DNA from: Candidatus Eiseniibacteriota bacterium
Lineage (GTDB): Bacteria; Eisenbacteria; RBG-16-71-46
Direction: 5' to 3'
Length of the DNA: 64,000 nt
Assembly: GCA_025360715.1 (NCBI GenBank)
Contig: JANYBS010000005.1
Location: forward strand, 5,571-69,570
The notes under the pieces were generated by a model. The model made no database searches. It was not told where the DNA came from and saw only the letters and a list, made by a program, of their open reading frames with translations. Shown piece by piece: positions 10,901 through 17,405 of this stretch (position 1 is its first letter; every line of letters begins with the position of its first letter). Both the position numbers and the translations under genes were made by a program.

Positions 10901-11002
10901 CCCAACGAGGCCATGCGCTCTTCCATGCAGGCGCTCTCCGAGCAACTCCACGTCGTGGAGCACAGGGCCGAATCGCTCGTCGGCCGCTCGATCGCGCGCT
11001 GA
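7940..11002 (+). CDS. BNR/Asp-box repeat, sortilin/VPS10-like exported protein (glycosyl hydrolase BNR-repeat family)
   Basis: ATG at 7940, 2 nt after the pip stop. The product has a signal peptide MRAIRIATCVVVAALSLCATMAIASA and multiple S-x-D-x-G-x-T-W Asp-box repeats (SDDAGRVW, SDDAGRTW, STDGGTTW, STDGGKHF, TTDGGEHW, THDGGRSW). About 1020 aa. Confidence 0.75.
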   Translation: MRAIRIATCVVVAALSLCATMAIASAIDPQIADGLRWRCIGPFRGGRTVAAVGVSGHPATFYIGVNNGGVWRSDDAGRVWTPIFDDQPTQSIGSIAVAPSDPKVIYVGSGEGLQRPDLSVGDGVYRSDDAGRTWQHLGLRDGQQIPALAVDPRDPKRVFAAVLGHPYGANPERGVFRSLDGGVHWDAVLHTNDDTGAMDVVFDPASSSTMYAALWSARQTPWEGGAGSLAENNGLYKSTDGGTTWRRAGLGLPDASDGLGRIGIATAAGAPGRLYAIASASKNAGLYRSDDSGEHFTLVNADHRLSDRDGDFNEVRVDPYHPDVLYVANVMTWKSTDGGKHFEGFRGAPGGDDYHRFWIDPTDSNTILLASDQGAVVTLNGGASWSSWYNQPTAQMFHVNADNHFPYRVMGGQQESGSAGVLSRSDDGRITFADWHPVGVEEYGYAVPDPLDPDLVYGGKIERFDWRTGDVQNVSPDPIRRGDYRWVRTMPIAFSPADPHALYLGANVIFRTTDGGEHWDTISGDLTRVAPEVPKVLGAFTTKDFEQGRHRGVVYAIAPSPLRAPLLWAGTDDGRVHVTHDLGAHWSDVTPARLTAWSKVSIIEASHFDSLTAYAAINRLRLDDLQPHIEATHDGGRSWTEITTGIDTNAVVNAVREDPTVKGLLYAGTERGVFVSFDDGAHWRTLQRNLPRSSVRDLVVKDADLVVATHGRSFWILDDVTPLRHAAEASIATGAYLFPPAQAWRVRDDRWTDTPLPPDEPAGENPPDGAVIDYRLPTGTSGTVRLQIADSTGAVVRSFDSSDPPEDKGRDLDIPDYWIRTNQPLAATPGMHRFIWDLHGTSPPGAKRYPIGATPQDTPAEPRGPRVLPGHYEIRLTAGRQVVARALEVRADPRVKTPWAEQREAHEMAVTVAHQLEDLNVLRQKLEHFLEGERGSGQDTSAAVAASQLLRGASRGPGTGTPPEVTVGQLSDRLMRLYETLEGSDRGPNEAMRSSMQALSEQLHVVEHRAESLVGRSIAR

Positions 11003-11128
11003 GCCAAGGAGAACCACCTGCACGTCCAGTGATGGGGCCGATGCACTCCGGAAGTCAGCGAAACGCAAGATGTTCAGCTGGCGGGGAGTTCGCGGGCGCA
11101 TGGGAACCCCAGCGGGTGTACAACGTGT

Positions 11129-11140
11129 GTGTCATGACAC
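11129..11140. promoter_or_regulatory. Perfect 12-bp palindrome GTGTCATGACAC, candidate operator upstream of module 1
   Basis: Read directly from the sequence. It lies about 140 bp upstream of the TlpA-1 start, within the 277-bp intergenic region. Confidence 0.3.
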
Positions 11141-11279
11141 GCGATGTTGGGGCACCCGCGGGCCGGACGCATCTTCCCTGCTCACCCCACGAGGGCTGAA
11201 GCTCCCGCGTGCCTGCACGCGTCTTTAGGATGACACTCTGGACACGAAAGCCGCATCCCGCCGAAGACTCCGCCTCGCG

Positions 11280-11762
11280 TTGCCGCTGCTTCTGCTCGCC
11301 GGCCTGGCGGGGGCGTACTCCGCTAAGGCCGACTCCACCAAGCCTTCCACGCCGGCGCCGGCGTTCACGCTGGATGGCCGCTCGGGTCCGGTTTCGCTGG
11401 ATTCGCTGCGCGGCCGCGTCGTGTACGTGGATTTCTGGGCGTCTTGGTGTGATCCGTGCCGGCGTTCGTTCCCGTGGTTGCAATCGCTCCAAGCGAAGTA
11501 TGACTCGCTGGGACTCACCGTGGTCGGCGTGAATGTCGACAAGGACCACTCGCTCAGCGAAGCATTCCTGCGCGAGCACCCAGCCACATTCATGATCGCC
11601 TATGACGCCAAGGGCAAGGTCGCGGAGGCGTACCACGTGAAAGTCATGCCCTCGAGTGCCCTCATCGCGCGCGATGGCACGCTCGTGTCCCTGCATCCCG
11701 GCTTCGATCCCAAGCAGGCCGCCGATATCGAGAAGCGCATCCAGGAGGTATTGGCACGATGA
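11280..11762 (+). CDS. TlpA-like thiol:disulfide oxidoreductase (thioredoxin fold, WCDPC), copy 1
   Basis: 160 aa with a short signal-like N-terminus and the motif FWASWCDPC. The TlpA/ResA-like fold continues to ...VMPSSALIARDG. Its stop overlaps the DUF4266-1 start as ATGA. Confidence 0.8.
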   Translation: MPLLLLAGLAGAYSAKADSTKPSTPAPAFTLDGRSGPVSLDSLRGRVVYVDFWASWCDPCRRSFPWLQSLQAKYDSLGLTVVGVNVDKDHSLSEAFLREHPATFMIAYDAKGKVAEAYHVKVMPSSALIARDGTLVSLHPGFDPKQAADIEKRIQEVLAR

Positions 11763-11989
11763 AGACGCGACGCGCCGTAGGGGTGATCCTGCTCGCCGCT
11801 GCTGCCGCCAGCCTGAGCAGTTGTGCGGCGATGAGCGTCAAGCCGTGGGACCGCGATCTTCTCGCCCAGCCCAAGATGCGGTTCCAGCCGCTGCCCATGG
11901 TGCACGCGGTCGACAATCATATCTATTTCTCCAAAGAAGGCTCGATGGGCGGCGATGACGTGAGCGGCGGAGGCTGCGGATGCAACTGA
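11759..11989 (+). CDS. DUF4266 family small lipoprotein, copy 1
   Basis: 76 aa. The lipobox is LSSC and the characteristic C-terminus reads ...GGDDVSGGGCGCN. It lies between the thioredoxin and the DUF3570 genes, as is typical for this family. Confidence 0.7.
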   Translation: MKTRRAVGVILLAAAAASLSSCAAMSVKPWDRDLLAQPKMRFQPLPMVHAVDNHIYFSKEGSMGGDDVSGGGCGCN

Positions 11990-13269
11990 GCGAGCCGACC
12001 ACTGCGGCGGCAGCCGATACTCGCGTCGCGCGCCGCCTGCGCACCGCTGCCGCGGTGCTGTTCGCGAGCCTGCCGGCGATCGCGCGAGCGGCCGATAGCG
12101 GCACGGCGAGCGATGCACCCGCGAACCAGCTCGACTTCTCGGGCTTGCTCTACGGGGAAGCCTCGCGCGTCGCGGTGATCGAACCCATCGCCAAGCTCAC
12201 TCACCGCTTCGCCAACGGCCAGTCGCTCTCGGGCCAGCTCGGCATCGACGGCATCACGGGCGCATCGCCCACCGGTGCCCTGCCGTCGGGCAAGGTGACC
12301 ACGGTCACGAGCGCTTCGGGCAACGTGACCACGTCAGCGGCCGACCAGATCCCCACGACCAAGTTCAATGACATACGCGCCTCGTTCGATGCGGACTACG
12401 CCGTGCCCGTGGGCACGCTGTTCAAGTCCACACTGGGCGGGCACTTCTCGCGCGAGAAGGACTACCAATCCACGGGCGCCAACGCACAATTCGCGCTCGA
12501 CGTACTGCAACGCCTTTCGACCATCACCGTGGGCGGCGGCTTCAATCACGACACGAGCTTCCCCACGGGCGGCACGCACGCGCCGTTCACAGACGGCACC
12601 ACCGTTCTCACGACCGACCCGCAGGGCAAGGACGTGACCACATGGATGGTCGGCCTCTCGCGTGTCGTCACGCGCCGGCTGCTCGTGGGCGCCAACGTGT
12701 CGGGCACGAACGAGAAGGGCTACCTGACCGAGCCTTACAAGGTGCTCAGTGTGGTGGACACCGACGGCTACCCGGTGAGCACGCTCACCGAGAAGCGTCC
12801 CGACACCCGGACGCGCAAGAGCGTGCTGGGCAGCGCGGTCTACCATCTCGCCGACGACGTGTTATATCTGTCGTACCGTCGCTACTGGGACGACTGGGAC
12901 ATCCGCTCGCATACGATCGACGTGCGCTACCGTCACGAGCTTGGCGCCGACACATGGTGGGAGCCGCACGTGCGCTACTACGCTCAATCCGAAGCCCGGT
13001 TCCATACCTGGGGATTCGCGCAAGGGGCCGCGTTGCCGCAGTACGCGACGAGCGACTACCGCTTGGGCAAGCTCAACACGCTCACTCTGGGCCTCATGTA
13101 TGGCTTCCATCTCCTGGACTACCCGGGCACATTCACGATCCGCGGCGAGTACATGTCACAGTTCGGCGAGACCCATCCCGAAGGCGCCGTCGGTGTGCAG
13201 AAGAGCTACAGCCTCATGCCGGGACTCAGTATCGGCTCGCTCACCGCGGGCTACTCGATCGGCTGGTGA
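11980..13269 (+). CDS. DUF3570 family exported protein (predicted outer-membrane beta-barrel-like), copy 1
   Basis: 429 aa. The start codon lies inside the DUF4266 stop region (10-nt overlap). The signal region contains RRLRTAAAVLFASLPAIARA. The sequence is beta-rich and ends ...AGYSIGW. It contains DGITGAS and shares motifs with the ORF at 28496..29641. Confidence 0.7.
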   Translation: MQLSEPTTAAAADTRVARRLRTAAAVLFASLPAIARAADSGTASDAPANQLDFSGLLYGEASRVAVIEPIAKLTHRFANGQSLSGQLGIDGITGASPTGALPSGKVTTVTSASGNVTTSAADQIPTTKFNDIRASFDADYAVPVGTLFKSTLGGHFSREKDYQSTGANAQFALDVLQRLSTITVGGGFNHDTSFPTGGTHAPFTDGTTVLTTDPQGKDVTTWMVGLSRVVTRRLLVGANVSGTNEKGYLTEPYKVLSVVDTDGYPVSTLTEKRPDTRTRKSVLGSAVYHLADDVLYLSYRRYWDDWDIRSHTIDVRYRHELGADTWWEPHVRYYAQSEARFHTWGFAQGAALPQYATSDYRLGKLNTLTLGLMYGFHLLDYPGTFTIRGEYMSQFGETHPEGAVGVQKSYSLMPGLSIGSLTAGYSIGW

Positions 13270-13270
13270 G

Positions 13271-14170
13271 GTGACGCCCGAGGCGGCGCCGCGAGTGACG
13301 CGTGAAGGTGCGTTGCTCGTGGCGCGATTCATGGCCATGGCGAGTCCGTGCGAGGTGCTCCTGGAAACGCGCGATGATGCGGCCGGCGAGCGGGCATTGC
13401 TCGCCGCAGCACAGGAAGCCACGCGCATCGAGCACAAATACAGCCGCTATCGCAGCGACAGTGTCACGAACGCGGTCCAGCAGACTTCGGGCACCGATGT
13501 GGAAGTGGACGAGGAGACCTCGGGACTGCTCGACTTCGCCGCCCAGGCCCACGACGTTTCAGGCGGGCGCTTCGACCTCACGACCGGCGCGCTGCGCCGC
13601 TGTTGGACATTCGACGGTCGCCAGGTCACGCCTGACGTTGACGCCATCCGTGATGCACTCACACACGTCGGTTGGTCACGCGTGCAGTGGCGCCGCCCGC
13701 GACTGACACTGCCGGCGGGCATGGAACTCGACTTCGGCGGCATCGGCAAGGAGTACGCCGTGGACCGCGTTGCGGCGATCATGACCGCGCATGTCGCGGC
13801 GCCGTGCCTGGTGAACTTCGGAGGTGACCTGTTCGCTTCGGGGCCGCGCGGCGACGGTGTGCCGTGGAGCATTGGCATCGAGGATCCGGGCGCTCCCACG
13901 TGCATACTCACGCAGGAACTGGCGCTGACACGCGGCGGCGTCGCCACGAGCGGGGACGCGCGCCGCTTCGCGATGGTCGAAGGCCGGCGTCTGGGCCACG
14001 TCCTCGATCCGCGCACGGGCTGGCCGGTCACTGGCGCGCCGCGCTCGGTGACGGTCGTGGCGGCCACGTGCCTGGAGGCCGGAACGTTGGCCACGATCGC
14101 GCTGCTGCATGGCTCCGGCGCCCGCGAGTTCCTGCAGGCGCAGGCCGCGACCTTCACCTTGTTGGACTGA
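13271..14170 (+). CDS. apbE: FAD:protein FMN transferase (ApbE family), copy 1
   Basis: GTG at 13271, 1 nt after the DUF3570-1 stop. The product contains the ApbE core (R-F-MAMAS..., DFGGIGKEYAVDR, GGDLF, DPRTGWPV). About 300 aa, with no obvious signal peptide. Confidence 0.8.
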   Translation: MTPEAAPRVTREGALLVARFMAMASPCEVLLETRDDAAGERALLAAAQEATRIEHKYSRYRSDSVTNAVQQTSGTDVEVDEETSGLLDFAAQAHDVSGGRFDLTTGALRRCWTFDGRQVTPDVDAIRDALTHVGWSRVQWRRPRLTLPAGMELDFGGIGKEYAVDRVAAIMTAHVAAPCLVNFGGDLFASGPRGDGVPWSIGIEDPGAPTCILTQELALTRGGVATSGDARRFAMVEGRRLGHVLDPRTGWPVTGAPRSVTVVAATCLEAGTLATIALLHGSGAREFLQAQAATFTLLD

Positions 14171-14176
14171 CTCCTT

Positions 14177-15373
14177 CTACTGCGGCGGCGTGAAGACGAA
14201 CGGCGCCTGGAAGGCGGTCGCGCCGCCGCGGATGACCGGGAAGCGCCATTCGCGGATCTGCCCCAGCGCGCAATCCGCCAGACGGCTCGAGCCGAGCGTG
14301 TTGACCACCACATGCGCTTCGTCGACTTCGCCGCTCGCGGCGACCACCAGCGAGATCACCAGTTTGCCGCGAAGCGAAGGTTCGCGCTTGAGTTCGTTGC
14401 CGTAGCAGTACTGGATACCGGCGGAATACTTCTGGATCACGGCCAGCAACGATGCGTTGCTGCGGTAGACGCCGGGAGGCGCCACACCGCCGCTGCCACC
14501 GCCGTCACCGGGGCCGACGCCCGAGCCGTGGCCGGTGCCGACGCCGCCACCGCTGCCACCGCCAGAGCCGCCACCCGATCCACTACCGATGCCGTCACCC
14601 ACGCCGTCGCCGATCCCACCGCCCAAACCGCCGCCCGAACCGGCGCTGTGTCCGCCGCGGCCCGGATGCAGGTCCGCAAGCGCCACGAGCGTGCCCACCA
14701 CGACACTGTTGCCAAGGTCCGCGCCGGAGCCGCCACCGACTCGGCCCACGCCGCCGCCACCGAGCGCGTCCTCGCCGCGCGCGACGCGCAGCGAGCGGCC
14801 ACCGCCAGCGCGCAGGGGAGCGGCGCCCTCCGAACTGCTCGCGCTGCCGAGCGAAGCCGTCAGGCCATCGAGCGCGCTACTCACCGCGCGGCCGCCTCGT
14901 GAGCCACTGCCACCACCCAGCGCGTCAGCCAGTTCGGCCTGCGCGCGCGCGCGGCCACTGCCGCCATCGCCGCCCGCGGCATTCAGGTGCACGGGGCCGC
15001 TAGTTCCCGGGCCCGGTGCCAGATGTTCGGGCGCGATGACGCGCGCCACCTTCGAGAGACCGTCACCGCCGCCGCCACCACCGCCGCCGCCGGGCGTGTG
15101 TGTGGGGTCTGCCGCACCAGGTGCCACGACCGGAACGCTCACCGCATGCGTCTGCACGGCGAATTGCGGCGGCAACACCAAGCGCGCGTAGCGCGTCTCC
15201 GGCGCTGCGGCCACGGGCGCAGGCGCAAGGACGGTCGCCGGCATCAATCGTACGCCGACCATGAACACGGCGCCTGCCAGCGCCGTGCCCATGAGGCAGC
15301 GCCGGAACAGGGCGTCTCGCGGATCGAACATCGGGCGCTGGTACGCCGGTGCGGTCATGATATTCACGCGCAT
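14177..15373 (-). CDS. TonB-family / AgmX-PglI-like energy-transducer protein with long Gly-rich linker
   Basis: 398 aa. An N-terminal TM anchor (LMGTALAGAVFMVGV) is followed by Pro-rich and poly-Gly/Ser low-complexity segments. The C-terminal domain (YRSNASLLAVIQKYSAGIQYCYGNELKREPSLRGKLVISLVVAASGEV...) is TonB-C-like. It is the last gene of the ExbB-ExbD-ExbD operon. Confidence 0.65.
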   Translation of the reverse strand: MRVNIMTAPAYQRPMFDPRDALFRRCLMGTALAGAVFMVGVRLMPATVLAPAPVAAAPETRYARLVLPPQFAVQTHAVSVPVVAPGAADPTHTPGGGGGGGGGDGLSKVARVIAPEHLAPGPGTSGPVHLNAAGGDGGSGRARAQAELADALGGGSGSRGGRAVSSALDGLTASLGSASSSEGAAPLRAGGGRSLRVARGEDALGGGGVGRVGGGSGADLGNSVVVGTLVALADLHPGRGGHSAGSGGGLGGGIGDGVGDGIGSGSGGGSGGGSGGGVGTGHGSGVGPGDGGGSGGVAPPGVYRSNASLLAVIQKYSAGIQYCYGNELKREPSLRGKLVISLVVAASGEVDEAHVVVNTLGSSRLADCALGQIREWRFPVIRGGATAFQAPFVFTPPQ

Positions 15374-15377
15374 GGGT

Positions 15378-15860
15378 TCAGGCCTTCTTGAGTACGGCCA
15401 GCGCGATGTCGGGATAGCCGCTCTGATTCACGGTGTACATGACCTTCTGCAGTAAGCGGAACTCGATGTCCTGGTCGCCCTGGATCGTCACGAGGTGCTT
15501 ACGCATCGCACTCGTGTCGCGTGAAGCCGGAGCCTCGCGGCGCAGACGATCCGCCAACGGCGCGATCAACATCTGGTCGTCTGCGAGCGCCGCGGAAACG
15601 GTCGTGATGCGGTCCCCGCCGATCAGGATCGTGCCCTTGTCGATGGCGATCACGGTCGAGTTCTGCATCGCGGCCTCAGCTGTGGACTTGGGCAACGATA
15701 CGCTGGGCGGCGGCGTCGTCGCATCGCCACCTGTCACGAAACTCTTGAGCACGAAGAACAACAGCGTCGTGAGCACGTCCATCATCGACGTGAGGGAGAT
15801 GCCGGTCTCGGCGTGGCGCTGCCCCGCCCAGCGCTTGCGGCGGCCCCTTGTGCGGCGCAT
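15378..15860 (-). CDS. ExbD/TolR family biopolymer transport protein (paralog 1)
   Basis: 160 aa from ATG 15860 (MRRTRGRRKRWAGQ...ISLTSMMDVLTTLLFFVL). It has the single-TM ExbD/TolR topology and a periplasmic domain. Confidence 0.8.
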   Translation of the reverse strand: MRRTRGRRKRWAGQRHAETGISLTSMMDVLTTLLFFVLKSFVTGGDATTPPPSVSLPKSTAEAAMQNSTVIAIDKGTILIGGDRITTVSAALADDQMLIAPLADRLRREAPASRDTSAMRKHLVTIQGDQDIEFRLLQKVMYTVNQSGYPDIALAVLKKA

Positions 15861-15861
15861 G

Positions 15862-16341
15862 TCAGGCTCCCTTCGTGGTCGCGCCTTCGAGCGCGGTGTC
15901 GGTGAGCCCGGCCGCACGGGCCAGGTCCATGAGCGTGACGATCTCCTGATAGCGCGTGCCCGGTTCCGCGAGGATGCGGATCGCCTTGGTGCCCGGATGC
16001 GCCGCCGTGACACTGGCAAGTGCACGCGTGAGCGCCGCGGCCGTGGGCGCCGTCGGCGCGCCGTTCTCGTTCTGCCGGGTGACCGCGATCGCCGCCACAT
16101 CGCGGCCCTCGATCACATACGCCGAACCCTGCACACGCAGCACCAGGTCCAGCCCGGGAACACTCGCCACAGCGGAGTGAGCAGCGGGCGGCGGCGTCAT
16201 CTCGATCGCGCGGATCTCCATGAAGACCGCCGATAAGAGCAGCATCGGGATCAGCACGATGATCACGTTCATGAGCGGCCGCAACTCGAGCTGTGCCTCG
16301 GTGGATTGCTGCAACGCGCCCTTGCGGCGCATCCGCGACAT
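15862..16341 (-). CDS. ExbD/TolR family biopolymer transport protein (paralog 2)
   Basis: 159 aa (MSRMRRKGALQQSTEAQLELRPLMNVIIVLIPMLLL...). It is a second ExbD paralog, 1 nt upstream of paralog 1. Confidence 0.8.
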   Translation of the reverse strand: MSRMRRKGALQQSTEAQLELRPLMNVIIVLIPMLLLSAVFMEIRAIEMTPPPAAHSAVASVPGLDLVLRVQGSAYVIEGRDVAAIAVTRQNENGAPTAPTAAALTRALASVTAAHPGTKAIRILAEPGTRYQEIVTLMDLARAAGLTDTALEGATTKGA

Positions 16342-16344
16342 GAC

Positions 16345-17067
16345 TTATTGCCCCGCCGCGATCGCCGGACGTGCCTGCACCGGTGCGGCCACCGGACGAG
16401 CCTGCGGCATCGCCACGACGCCCGCCGGGCGGTGCGCCTCGCGCGACTTCGTCAAAGCATGCGTCAGCCGGATGCTGGCTTCGTCGACCTGCTCGGCGAT
16501 GCCCTCGATCAGGCCCAGCAGATAGCCGTGGATCACCAGCGTCGGGATCGCGATCACGAGGCCGAATGCCGTGGCATTGAGTGCGGTCGAGATGCCGGCT
16601 GCCAGCAAGGAGCTGCGCTGGGAAGGATCGGCCGCGCCGACAGCGGTGAACGCCTGGATGAGTCCCGCGATGGTGCCCAGCAGTCCCAGAAGCGTGCAGA
16701 CGTTCGCCAGCACGTTCAGGTACGCCAACCGGCGCGAGAGCGGAGGCATCGCCAGCGTCGCCGCGTCGTCCGCCGCCATCTGCAAGTGGTTCGTGTCGGT
16801 ACCGTTCACGTCCAGGATCGCCTGCGCGATCATGGCGACCGGCGCGGTGCTCATGTGGCTCACCTGACGCGCACCCTGCACGTCTCCGGAGCCGATTCGG
16901 CGCGTGACGTCTTCGATCATCTTGCGGCTATCGAGCCGGGCAGCCTTGGAGATCACGAGGAAGCGCTCGACCACGATCGCGGCGATGACGATCGCCGTGG
17001 CGAGGATGAGATACATGAATACGCCGCCCTGCTTGAAGAAAGCGGCGATGGTCGAGAACTCGTTCAT
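16345..17067 (-). CDS. MotA/TolQ/ExbB proton-channel protein
   Basis: 240 aa (MNEFSTIAAFFKQGGVFMYLIL...) with three TM segments and the conserved ExbB/TolQ C-terminal helices. Confidence 0.85.
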   Translation of the reverse strand: MNEFSTIAAFFKQGGVFMYLILATAIVIAAIVVERFLVISKAARLDSRKMIEDVTRRIGSGDVQGARQVSHMSTAPVAMIAQAILDVNGTDTNHLQMAADDAATLAMPPLSRRLAYLNVLANVCTLLGLLGTIAGLIQAFTAVGAADPSQRSSLLAAGISTALNATAFGLVIAIPTLVIHGYLLGLIEGIAEQVDEASIRLTHALTKSREAHRPAGVVAMPQARPVAAPVQARPAIAAGQ

Positions 17068-17405
17068 CGTCGTAGCTCCTTGTCGTGCGCCAGCCGCACG
17101 CGGTTCACGAGGACCAGTGCCGGGAGCCGGGTGCTATCGGCGAGCTCCTGCGCGGTCTTCAGGTAGCGCCGATCCTGGAAGTCCAGGAACCGCCGCTGGT
17201 CCCGCGCGGTGATGAACAACACCTGCGGGGTGGGGATCTCACCTTCGATATGGATGTCCGACAGTTGCCGAGGAGCGTGTGACGCCGGCGCCGCTACAGC
17301 AGGGGCGGCCACCGATGCGCGGCGGGCGCGATGCGCGCGGGCGCTCCAAGTCGTCGCGGGCAGCAGCAGGGCCACCATCGTCACGGTGAGCACTGCGCGC
17401 TTCAC
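17064..17405 (-). CDS. Small exported hypothetical protein (signal peptide), co-operonic with exbB
   Basis: 113 aa with a signal peptide MKRAVLTVTMVALLLPATTWSARA. Its stop overlaps the exbB start (ATGA). No recognisable domain. Confidence 0.4.
   Translation of the reverse strand: MKRAVLTVTMVALLLPATTWSARAHRARRASVAAPAVAAPASHAPRQLSDIHIEGEIPTPQVLFITARDQRRFLDFQDRRYLKTAQELADSTRLPALVLVNRVRLAHDKELRR

Noticed and set aside
14535-15191. 218-aa Pro-rich plus-strand ORF (MPTPPPLPPPEPPPDP...)
   Set aside because: It is the reverse complement of the Gly-rich (GGN) linker codons of the TonB-like gene. Poly-Pro arises automatically from antisense poly-Gly.
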